From an uncultured Bacteroidales bacterium (GTDB lineage: Bacteria > Bacteroidota > Bacteroidia > Bacteroidales > FEN-979): a DNA stretch of 64,000 nt. The translations under genes were made by a program, and so were the position numbers. The stretch lies in contig CAJAUM010000070.1 of NCBI GenBank assembly GCA_903945175.1, positions 15,078 to 79,077 of the forward strand, read 5' to 3'. The notes under the pieces were generated by a model, which saw nothing but the letters and a program-made list of their open reading frames with translations, was not told the origin of the DNA and did no database searches. Shown piece after piece: positions 47,150-56,800 of this stretch; the stretch's first letter is position 1, and each line of letters starts with the position of its first letter.

Positions 47150-47605
47150 TTAGTTTTCTTTCAGGATAAAATCATCATATTCTATTTCAAAGCGAAGTTT
47201 ATGTTTGGATTCTTCCTGGGCCAGACTCAGAAATGTCGCCTTGACAGATGGATCTTCGGCTTTTTCAGCCAGCATGGTATACATGCGGAAAGCTGCCTTT
47301 TCTTTTTTCATGGCCAGGATCAATGCGTCAGGATAAGACATATTTGCCGAAGGTTTTACATCCACAAGGTATTCAGCAATTTTCAGGTCCCTGACCTTTT
47401 CATCGGATAATTGGAAACTTCCATTCTCCTTAACCCCCAGAATAAATGCTTTATGCCGCATCTCCTCTTCGGCATATTCGAGAAAGGCTTTTTTGGTTTG
47501 CTGATTCTTTGATTGGGCTGCAAGTTGCAAATAAAAATCAACGGCGGCCTGCTCCTCCCCGATGGCAAAATCAAGGATCTCTGTTATGTTGGTGAACTCT
47601 TTCAT
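47150..47605 (-). CDS. Ferritin-like (rubrerythrin-family) di-iron protein
   Basis: Two E...ExxH halves: AIGEEQAAVDFY...EEMRH and KEKAAFRMY...EESKH. Confidence 0.85.
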   Translation of the reverse strand: MKEFTNITEILDFAIGEEQAAVDFYLQLAAQSKNQQTKKAFLEYAEEEMRHKAFILGVKENGSFQLSDEKVRDLKIAEYLVDVKPSANMSYPDALILAMKKEKAAFRMYTMLAEKAEDPSVKATFLSLAQEESKHKLRFEIEYDDFILKEN

Positions 47606-47617
47606 ATGATTTACGAT

Positions 47618-50600
47618 TTATAAATGACGAATGACGTTAAATTCTTCCTGAAACCTTTTAGTAACAGCATCACAACCATGGTTATATTGGCGTTTATTGT
47701 TATCCTCTTTGGTCGGGCGCATCAGCAATTTTCCATGCTCCTTTTTTGCAGGTAAAAGCGCGATGATCTCCATGAATATATCGTGCGGGTTATCGGGTGA
47801 ATGAATCCCAAATTCCTTAAGAATGGCAGCAAATTGCTGCAGAGAGGTCATCTCAGTTCGTGACTTCATCTCCTTTTCAAAATTCTGGATTACCTTTTGG
47901 GCGTTTGTATAGGTGCCGCCCGTTTCAGTCGGGAAAGATGCCGGCAAGATAAGGTCGGCTGCCCTGGCTGTTTCCGTTAGAAAATAGTCCTGAACCACTT
48001 TAAAGGATGGCTGCGAAAAGATCTTGTCAAAAGCCTCCCGGTTGATAGCACATCCGGCGGGATCCTCCCCGAAGATGAAGATATTTTGAATAGCTCCCGC
48101 GTTCAGACAACCATGAAGACAATCGGTTTCTTCGGATGCGATTTCCGACACACCCCATTTTTCCTTCTGTCGTTGCATGTAATCCGGATCTGAGAGCTCC
48201 TGTCCGCCAATTCCCAGATGCGGACTGATGCCCATATCGAATAAACCCTGAGCATTGTTTTTCTCCTTCAGGGCCATAAGGCCGTTGGCAGTTTTACCCA
48301 ATTTTCCGGTAATCCTTGCCAGGTTGAACAACTCCTTGCAGGTATTTGCGGAGCTTTCTTTCTCTGAAAAAATCAGGATCGCATTCAATTCATTGTTGTA
48401 GGTCTCCGCAAAGGCACCTATTTCCTGTGAAGAGATACCGGAGGCAGCTACCAGCGTATTGTAATCCTCCTTGAGCAGCATGGCTTTATAACCTTCAAAT
48501 CCCTCGGTACGATCACGGAGGAACAGTGCATTTTCCAATCCGTTTGAGAGGATGTAATGGTTCAGGGCCTTCACAAAATGATAGTAGGATTTCACCACAA
48601 TCTGCTGGCTTACCTTATGCGACATCCTGTTTTCCGGTTTCTCAGTGACCATGATAACCGGTGTTTTCTTCAGGTAGTGTGCATTCTGAACCATGAATCC
48701 AACCACTGCATGATCCTGATTTATTTCGGTCCCGAGAAGATAAATGGCGCTGGCTCCACTCATTTCGGCAAAGGGAACATTAAGGTCACAATTGGCGCGA
48801 TAACCTTCACCCCTTCCGAGGTAATGAAAGCTGCCGATATTGTTGGTCTTTGCAGCGGCGCGTGCGAGTTTATGCACCATGTAGAGTTCTTCATTTGAAA
48901 GACGGGCTCCTCCGAAAAAGGCATTTTCATTGGGGGTTACCGATTTGATTTTGTCTTTGATCAAATTGAACGCTTTCTCAAAGGAAATTTCCTCAAATTT
49001 ATTGTTGACCTTCAGCATTGGTTTGGTGATACGGCTGACATCATTCAGATACTGATATCCAAACTTCGGGTATTTGCATATATTTCCGTCGGAATTGATG
49101 AGGCCGTTTTTACCAGTTACGCCCAGAACGAACCCATTTTTATGGTGCAAATCGATGGCACAACCAACAGAACAATAATTGCAGATGGAACCCATCATGT
49201 CAGATTTCACCGGGCCCGGCTTGAAAAGCACATTTTCGGTGATGGCTCCTGTGGGACAGGTGGAGATGCACAATCCGCATGATTCGCACGGCGTATCCTG
49301 TAAGGCATCGCCCATGCTTGGCGCCACATAGGTATGAAATCCGCGGTTGATCAATCCCAACGCGTTGGCGCCTGCAACTTCGCGGCAGATGCGCACACAA
49401 CGGGCACAAAGGATACACTTGTTGTTATCTATTTCAATGAAGGGATGACGAAAATCGACCTTGTATTCCCTGAATTCGCCTTCAAAGGATTTCTGCTGCG
49501 CCTTGTACTCGCTGGAATATTTCTGAAGGTCGCAGTCAAAAAAAGCAACACAACCACATTCCAAACATCGTTGGGCTTCATGATGCGCCACATCTGCCCC
49601 ATCATATCCCAATTCCACCTCTTGGAAGTTGAAACGGGCTTCGGCTGGCAAGGTAGGCATCTCTTCGCGCGCCTGGGTTTCAAAACAACCTATATACGCC
49701 TCATTCAGCTGCTTTTTAAAATTATCCCGCTTGCTTGTGAAAGGCTTTTTAGCGGGTTGAATGGGCAACCCCATCAGGAACTGGTGGGCGCTGGTAGCGG
49801 CAACCTTTGCCTGAGCAATGGCTTCAATAATTGTGGCTGGACCCGAAACCCCATCACCTGCGGCAAACATCGAAGGAATCCCGGTTTGCAATGTAGCTTT
49901 ATCTGCATCAATGTCGCCCCATTTGTTGATTTTCAACTCACCGTCACCAGCGTGGGCATTGATATCATCGATAAAATTCACATCCGTCTTCTGCCCAATG
50001 GCAGCGAGGATATAATCGACCTTGATTTCAAAATCGGAACCTTCCACCGGAACAGGACGGCGGCGGCCTGAAGCATCGGGTTCTCCCAGTTCCATCTTAA
50101 TGCATGTGACCGATTCCACTTCGCCCAGGGGATTTTTATGAATCTTTTTAGGAAGCGTAAGGAACAGGTATTCCACTCCTTCAAGCTTCGATTCATGGAT
50201 TTCGATCGGGTTGGCTGGCATCTCTTTTTCTGTGCGCCGATAGATCACATAAACTTTATCGGCTTTGCACCGGATCGAGGTACGGCAACAATCCATGGCG
50301 GTGTTTCCACCACCCACCACAGCAACCGTTTTTCCACGAAAATCGTACCGTTGACCGGTCATCTCCATGTTTTTCAGGAAGTCGATTCCAGAGTAAACAT
50401 TTCCCGCATCATCGCCTTCACAGCCTACCCCGGTCCCTTTTTGAGAGCCAATGGTGAGCACGGTTGCATCATATTTTGATTTCAGCTCCCTGTAGCTGAT
50501 GTTGTCCCCGAGTTTCTGATTATAAAAGATGTTAACTCCAAGATCAGTAATATTCTTCACCTCCTGATCAAGGATATCATTGGGGAGCCGGTATTCGGGA

Positions 50601-51319
50601 ATCCCATACCGCAACCATCCGCCCGATTTCGGGGCAGCTTCATAAATATCAACCTGGTGGCCTTCGATCTCCATGAAATGGCCCACCGATAATCCACCGG
50701 GACCGGCGCCGATAACGGCTACTTTTTTTCCCGTTGATGGTTTTACAGCAGGAATATATTTTTCGGGGGATGCCAGGTCATAATCAGAGGCAAAGCGCTT
50801 CAGGTAGTCAATGCCAACGGGGGCTCCTTCATCAAGCAGGTTACGGCGGCATTCAGTTTCACAGGGGCGAACACAAACGCGACCACAAATAGCGGGCAAC
50901 GGATTTGTCTCTTTGATGAGTGCAACTGCTTCGCTGTACTGACCTTTGTCGATGAGCGAAATATAGCCCTGCACATCAACACCAGCCGGACAGGTTTGCT
51001 TGCAGGGACCAATGCAGTCGGCATAATGGTTGCTCAACATCAGCTCCAGTGCCATTTTCCGCGACTTGCGAATGCCTTCGTTATCGGTAGTGATCTTCAT
51101 CCCTTCGGTTAGTTTCGTTGAGCACGATGGCTGATGGCCCCGCATTCCTTCGACCTCCACAACGCATACATAACAGGAGGTAAAGGGTTCCAGGCGATCG
51201 TCGTTACAAAGGGTAGGGATTTCGATACCGTGTCGTTTTGCCAGTGTCAGAATGGTTTCACCCGTAAAACCTTTTACTATATTTCCGTCAAGAATGATAT
51301 TTAATGAGTTGTCAGACAT
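47618..51319 (-). CDS. StnC/BfuA-like subunit: [2Fe-2S], GltD/NfnB-like FAD-NADPH module, FeS clusters, and molybdopterin-oxidoreductase-like scaffold
   Basis: IPTLC..C..C...C, PCKQTCP, CGRVCVRPCE, GAGPGG, GGGNTAMD, YRRT (NADP-type), CILCARCVRIC, CESCGLCISTC, CNYCSVGC. No Cys/Sec is seen at the FDH metal-ligand position. Confidence 0.8.
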   Translation of the reverse strand: MSDNSLNIILDGNIVKGFTGETILTLAKRHGIEIPTLCNDDRLEPFTSCYVCVVEVEGMRGHQPSCSTKLTEGMKITTDNEGIRKSRKMALELMLSNHYADCIGPCKQTCPAGVDVQGYISLIDKGQYSEAVALIKETNPLPAICGRVCVRPCETECRRNLLDEGAPVGIDYLKRFASDYDLASPEKYIPAVKPSTGKKVAVIGAGPGGLSVGHFMEIEGHQVDIYEAAPKSGGWLRYGIPEYRLPNDILDQEVKNITDLGVNIFYNQKLGDNISYRELKSKYDATVLTIGSQKGTGVGCEGDDAGNVYSGIDFLKNMEMTGQRYDFRGKTVAVVGGGNTAMDCCRTSIRCKADKVYVIYRRTEKEMPANPIEIHESKLEGVEYLFLTLPKKIHKNPLGEVESVTCIKMELGEPDASGRRRPVPVEGSDFEIKVDYILAAIGQKTDVNFIDDINAHAGDGELKINKWGDIDADKATLQTGIPSMFAAGDGVSGPATIIEAIAQAKVAATSAHQFLMGLPIQPAKKPFTSKRDNFKKQLNEAYIGCFETQAREEMPTLPAEARFNFQEVELGYDGADVAHHEAQRCLECGCVAFFDCDLQKYSSEYKAQQKSFEGEFREYKVDFRHPFIEIDNNKCILCARCVRICREVAGANALGLINRGFHTYVAPSMGDALQDTPCESCGLCISTCPTGAITENVLFKPGPVKSDMMGSICNYCSVGCAIDLHHKNGFVLGVTGKNGLINSDGNICKYPKFGYQYLNDVSRITKPMLKVNNKFEEISFEKAFNLIKDKIKSVTPNENAFFGGARLSNEELYMVHKLARAAAKTNNIGSFHYLGRGEGYRANCDLNVPFAEMSGASAIYLLGTEINQDHAVVGFMVQNAHYLKKTPVIMVTEKPENRMSHKVSQQIVVKSYYHFVKALNHYILSNGLENALFLRDRTEGFEGYKAMLLKEDYNTLVAASGISSQEIGAFAETYNNELNAILIFSEKESSANTCKELFNLARITGKLGKTANGLMALKEKNNAQGLFDMGISPHLGIGGQELSDPDYMQRQKEKWGVSEIASEETDCLHGCLNAGAIQNIFIFGEDPAGCAINREAFDKIFSQPSFKVVQDYFLTETARAADLILPASFPTETGGTYTNAQKVIQNFEKEMKSRTEMTSLQQFAAILKEFGIHSPDNPHDIFMEIIALLPAKKEHGKLLMRPTKEDNNKRQYNHGCDAVTKRFQEEFNVIRHL

Positions 51320-51329
51320 TTTTAAAATA

Positions 51330-51398
51330 ATTTCAGATTTACGATTTCAGATTTCAGATTTTCGTTTTTTTGTCACGCGTCACCTGTCACGCGTCACG
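51330..51398. repeat. Heptamer repeats in the spacer between the NuoF-like and StnC-like genes: (ATTTCAG/ATTTACG) x5 and a (GTCACGC)-type cluster
   Basis: atttcag atttacg atttcag atttcag attttcg at 51330-51364; tgtcacgcgtcacctgtcacgcgtcacg at 51371-51398. Confidence 0.85.
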
Positions 51399-51414
51399 GT
51401 CTCTTAGTCAGGTG

Positions 51415-53190
51415 TCACGAAAGTAATATGGACTCAAATTTGCATTTTGAAAAACAAACCCCGCATTTGGTGCACATATCCTGGTTAATCAGGTGCTTTT
51501 GCTTGCGTTCACCGGTAATGGCTTTTACCGGGCAATTTTTGAGACAAACCATGCAGCCGGTGCATTTTTCTTCGTCCACTTTGTAGGTGAGTAAAGGCCG
51601 GCAAACCTTTGCCGGGCACTTTTTATGATTGATATGGGCTTCGTACTCATCCCTGAAATACCTGATGGTCGTAAGAACCGGGTTCGGGGCGGTTTGCCCG
51701 AGTCCGCACAACGAATTATCCTTGATCTGGTAAGCCAGCTCTTCCAGTTTTTCGAGGTCTCCCTCTTTCCCTTTGCCATTGGTGATTCGATCGAGGATCT
51801 CGAGCATGCGTTTTGTGCCCATCCGGCAGAAGGTACATTTCCCACAACTTTCCTTGCAGGTAAAATCGAGAAAGAACTTCGCCACATCAACCATGCAGGT
51901 GGTCTCATCCATCACAACCATCCCGCCTGAACCCATGATGGCACCGGTTGCATTTACCGAATCATAATCAACGATGGTATCGGATAAAAATTCAGGAATG
52001 CAACCTCCCGACGGGCCGCCCATCTGCACGGCTTTGAATCTTTTATTGTTCTTGATCCCACCGCCAAGCTTGAAGATCACATCGCGGATGGTCATCCCCA
52101 TAGGAACTTCGACCAATCCAGAATGGCGAACCTTGCCGGCCAGTGCAAAAACTTTTGTTCCCTTGCTCTTTTCAGTTCCGTATTTTGAATAGGCCTCAGC
52201 ACCATGTATTATGATCCAGGGGATGTTAGCAAAGGTTTCGACATTGTTGATATTCGTTGGTTTCTTCCACAACCCTGAAACAGCAGGGAACGGCGGGCGC
52301 TTGCGTGGCATCCCGCGTTCACCTTCGATGGAAGCGATCAGCGCGGTCTCTTCACCGCACACAAAAGCCCCGGCGCCCTCCTTGATATAGATGTCGAGGT
52401 TAAATCCTTCAATGCCAAAAATATTTTTTCCAAGATAGCCTTTGGCATGTGCCTGTTTGATGGCGATGTTCAGCCGTTTGATGGCCAGCGGATATTCGGC
52501 CCTGCAGTAGATCACACCTCCGGTAGCCTCAATGGCATAGGCTGCAATGATCATCCCCTCGAGCACCGAATGAGGGTCGCCTTCGAGCACCGACCGATCC
52601 ATAAATGCACCGGGGTCACCTTCATCGGCATTGCAGATGACATATTTTTCGGCCGATTTGTTGGCGTTGGCAAATTTCCACTTCATGCCTGTTGGGAAAC
52701 CTCCGCCGCCACGACCGCGCAATCCCGATTTCAGAACGGTATCAATCACCACTTCGCGGGGAATCTTTTCGGCAGCAATTTTTTTTATCGCCTCATACCC
52801 CTCCCTTGATTCATATTCCTCAATAGATTCGGGATCCATGTAACCGCAATTGCGCAGTACTATCTTTATCTGGGCTCCTATAAAATCATTCTCAGGGGCA
52901 TCAAACAGGTCGGTATATACGATATAATCACGGATAGGATCCTGCTGATTGATGTGTTTCTCAATCACCTCGACCGCACGATCAGCATCCACTTCACCAT
53001 ATAAATAGGTACCCGTTTCATCCGTGATTTCAACCAACGGTTCACGGTAACACATACCCACACAACTGGTTTTCTTGAGTTGGAAATCGAGTTTGTCAGC
53101 TTCTTTAAGCGCTTTAATTTTATCATAGGTCTTGCTTGCCCCTGCTGCGATTCCGCAACTTCCAAGCCCTACAGTTACAATGGTAGGCAT
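51415..53190 (-). CDS. NuoF/HydB (BfuB/StnB)-like FMN, NADH-binding subunit
   Basis: N-terminal thioredoxin-like FeS domain, LRGRGGGGFPTG, CNADEGDPGAFMDR, GAGAFVCGEETAL, GTKVF, GGPSGG, ESCGKCTFCR, and two C-terminal [4Fe-4S] motifs. Confidence 0.92.
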   Translation of the reverse strand: MPTIVTVGLGSCGIAAGASKTYDKIKALKEADKLDFQLKKTSCVGMCYREPLVEITDETGTYLYGEVDADRAVEVIEKHINQQDPIRDYIVYTDLFDAPENDFIGAQIKIVLRNCGYMDPESIEEYESREGYEAIKKIAAEKIPREVVIDTVLKSGLRGRGGGGFPTGMKWKFANANKSAEKYVICNADEGDPGAFMDRSVLEGDPHSVLEGMIIAAYAIEATGGVIYCRAEYPLAIKRLNIAIKQAHAKGYLGKNIFGIEGFNLDIYIKEGAGAFVCGEETALIASIEGERGMPRKRPPFPAVSGLWKKPTNINNVETFANIPWIIIHGAEAYSKYGTEKSKGTKVFALAGKVRHSGLVEVPMGMTIRDVIFKLGGGIKNNKRFKAVQMGGPSGGCIPEFLSDTIVDYDSVNATGAIMGSGGMVVMDETTCMVDVAKFFLDFTCKESCGKCTFCRMGTKRMLEILDRITNGKGKEGDLEKLEELAYQIKDNSLCGLGQTAPNPVLTTIRYFRDEYEAHINHKKCPAKVCRPLLTYKVDEEKCTGCMVCLKNCPVKAITGERKQKHLINQDMCTKCGVCFSKCKFESILLS

Positions 53191-53193
53191 ATT

Positions 53194-53228
53194 GATTTAC
53201 GATTTACGATTTACGATTTACGAATGAC
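53194..53228. repeat. (GATTTAC) x4 plus one variant, directly upstream of the NuoF-like start
   Basis: gatttac gatttac gatttac gatttac gaatgac. Confidence 0.9.
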
Positions 53229-53233
53229 AAATC

Positions 53234-53752
53234 TTAATTACTCCCCGCCAGCCTGATATTCTTAACAATTTTTACGGCCTCATTGCCTGTGAGTTTCCCA
53301 TAGGTTTGTTCACCGATCATCATCACCGGAGCAAGCGAACAACAACCAAGACAGGCAACGGATTCGAGGGTATAGAAACGGTCCTCGGTGGTTTCCCCGT
53401 CCTTTACTTTTAACACCTCTTCAAGCGACTCGGTTATTTCGACCGCATTCTGCACATGGCAGGCTGTACCATGACATACCTTTATGATGTTCTTGCCAAC
53501 GGGATTGAGACGGAACTGGGCATAAAAGGTGGCCACCCCAAACATATCGCTCAAAGGGATTCCGGTCTCACGCGAAAGTTTATCAAATGCAGCCTTTGAA
53601 ATAAAGCCATACAACTCCTGCGCCCCTTGCAGCAGTGGGATCATGTTCCCTTTCTTTCCTTTGTGTTTGGCAATGATCGGATCCAGCAAACTCAGGTCCT
53701 GCACCTCCCCATTGACAGTAGGTTCATTCGGGTTGATTCGTACGATGCGCAT
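53234..53752 (-). CDS. NuoE/HydC (BfuC/StnA)-like [2Fe-2S] subunit
   Basis: GVATFYAQF, VCHGTACHV, VACLGCCSLAPVM. Confidence 0.92.
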   Translation of the reverse strand: MRIVRINPNEPTVNGEVQDLSLLDPIIAKHKGKKGNMIPLLQGAQELYGFISKAAFDKLSRETGIPLSDMFGVATFYAQFRLNPVGKNIIKVCHGTACHVQNAVEITESLEEVLKVKDGETTEDRFYTLESVACLGCCSLAPVMMIGEQTYGKLTGNEAVKIVKNIRLAGSN

Positions 53753-53813
53753 AGGTTTTATCTATTTAGTTCGATATGCTTATTTAAAGTGAAAAACGTA
53801 TTGATCAAAAAAT

Positions 53814-56800
53814 TTATTCTTCCCATGTGACCACCGAAATCCGTTTTTTCCCGTCCATCCTTACTGAAAGTGGTTTCTCAAACTTCACAATGGAAAAATA
53901 TTCAGTTTTCACGATATCTTTCTGGGCTTTCAGTACATCAAAACGAATGAAACTGTCGGATAGTTCGGGTTGTACACAAAAATAACCCACATTCATGGAG
54001 GTGACATTGTGGAAAAAATGCGATCCCGATGAAGCATCGAGCGGAAAACCCTCCAGGCTGGTCTCCACAATAACTTTTGCATTGCTGATCTGCGGCCATA
54101 CAACAGGGACCCCAATCCAACGGTCGCGCGTTCCCCAACGGCCCGGGCCAATAAGGATATATTTTTTACCGGCTTTACCCATCTCCGCATTGATTTTATC
54201 AATCTCAGCCGCCATCTCAACCGTTTTCCCCTTATCGAAGGTGTCCGGATCCACAAATACGACTTCCTCAATACTGTCGATCAGGCCATTACCCATCTCT
54301 TTTTCCGAGTATAGTAAAATCCTGTTTTTATCAACTTTAGCCATATCAACTTCAAAATCAGCAACATTGCCTATCAAAGGCTTGATCTGAAGCAGATAAA
54401 ACGATGCTTTGTAATTGTCATCCTTGTTCAGGTCGATGGCAAATTCAATTTCCACCGGCGAACCAAGCGCCTCTTTCACCACATCGAGAACAACTTCAAT
54501 GGTCTTGGCCATCGGAATATAGTTGTACTTGAGAATATCGGCAAAATTGACCACACGCGGGCCTGCATCCCGTAATCCGGCCGAAATACGTTCATTTTCA
54601 ATAGAATATACCGACGCAAGGTGTTTGAGGGTTCCGTGCATTTCAGCATCATAGATGTCGAGTTTACACAATCCGGCATCTTCACCCTCAAGCAGGTTTA
54701 CAGCTTTTTTCTTGAGATCAACGGCATAAAAATAGACCTGCGATCCTTTATACTGATCTTTGGCTGAATTAATTTCGAGGTTTGGATAAAGTGGTGCAAA
54801 ACGAAATGCTTTCTCCCCTTCCACCACATAACGGCCGAGCCCCAGTGCCACAACGGCAAATCCCTCCTCGGGCTTCATATGCGCAAATGGATAATAGTTG
54901 AATGATTGTGCCACCCCGCTGATGTGGGGATAATACACCTCATCGTATTCATGACCAACTACCTCCTGGATGACAACAGCCATCTTTTCCTGCTCAATAC
55001 GGTAATTGACTGCTTCGATGTAGCCTTTCGCTGTGGGTGAATATACCGATGCGTAAACAAGTTTGATGGCATCCATCAGTTGTTCAAGCCTTTCGGCAGG
55101 ATCGGGATGGTTGTTCGGGATCAGGTAAGTTTCAAATATCCCTGCAAACGGCTGATTTTGCGAATCTTCAAAAAGACCGGAGGACCTGATGGCCATCGGT
55201 TTCGTGATATGCTTGATGATCAGTTTCAGCTTCCTGATCAGTGTTTCAGTCAGCTTGCCATCAATAAACAGGCGCTTGATCAGGTCATAATCAGTTTCAT
55301 GGACCGCCCGTTCGCGCAACTTGTTGCGGTCGAGAAAATATTCAAATTCATCTGTCCCGATGATGGAGGTCTTCGGTGTACGGATATTGATATTGGGGAC
55401 ATGCTGCGAAAAATCGTAATTGTAGATCAGGGTATTAACGAAAGCCAATCCACGCCCCTTTCCTCCCAGGGCCCCTTCGGTCAGGGCCAGTATGTTATGT
55501 TCATCCTTGATGGCAGTCTCTTCAAAGGGGATTACCTTCCCGATATTCTGCTCGTTTCTGAAATTCTGGATGACATTGATCAGGTATTCACGCAACGCGG
55601 ATGGATCTTTGAAATCGGTGACCTTGGCCGGATTGAGAATTTTGGCAACCTGGATCTCCCCGCGGGCCATCAGCCAGAGTGAAAAATGATCCTTTCTGGC
55701 ATGGTATAGCAATGACTCTTCAGGGATGGTCTTGAGAAGATCTTCAAACTCTTTCAATGATTTTGCGACGGCAATCTGGCCCCCCTCTTTATCCCTGTAT
55801 ATAAAATTTCCAAATCCAAGATAATGGGTAATGAAACTCCTGAAATCGACGAGCAGGGTTTCTGAATTTTTATTGATAAAGGAGGCCTTCAGTTCATATG
55901 CCTTCTGGGCATTGTCTTCATCCGATGATTGTAATACAATCGGAAGGTCGAACAGCTCTTTCCGGGTTTGCTTCACGAGGCTGAATCCTGCGTTATCGTT
56001 CAACTTGCCATCTTTTTTAAACTTCACATCCGAGATAAGGCAGAGCATGTTGTCACGATATTTGTTGAAAATATAGATGGCCTCCTCGTAGGTTGAGGCC
56101 AGCAATATCTTTGGACGCGCTTTCAGCCGCAAGATCCGGTAAAGTTCATCCGTTGTCACATCTTCGATGATATTTTTTGTCTGTTCCAGCACAATGTTAT
56201 ACAGCATCGGCATGTACAGTGAATAATATTTCGATGAGTCTTCAACCAGAAGGATTACCCTGACCATCCCAATGGTGGTATCATTCTCTACATTGATTTT
56301 ATCTTCCAGATAATTGATCATTGCAAAGAAAATCTTGGAATCGCCGTTCCAAACAAATACCCGGTCGATCCAGACCATTTTTTCAGGTTCCTCTTCGTAT
56401 TTTGCAATTTCGGTATTGCTGTTCAGCAGCAGGAAGACAGGAATGTATTGAAACTGTTCCTTGACTGTCTTGCTTAATTCCAGGGGAAAATGTTTATCGG
56501 ACCCAATCATGATGATGATGAGGTCATAATGTTTGGCATTGAGCTGTTCCATCACCTCTTCTATGGTCGAAACCCCGGTGATGCGCGGCATGGTGCTCAG
56601 GCTCAGGGAATAGAACTCACCGAGAACATGTTCCGAAAACCGGCCCTCCTTTTCAATGCTGTAGGCATCGTACAAATTGGCAACCAATAAAATCTCCTTG
56701 ACTTTAAAAGGCATCAGGTCATGATAGAGATCGCGGTTATAATTTGTTCTGTTGAGGAAGGTCTGCAACAGCTTTCTGCTATATTTAACAGGAATGGAAG

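Noticed and set aside
47618-53752. Respiratory complex I nuoEFG, formate dehydrogenase or [FeFe]-hydrogenase
   Set aside because: There are no membrane nuo genes, no Cys/Sec metal-ligand motif or in-frame TGA, and no H-cluster motifs. A GltD-like module is inserted instead.
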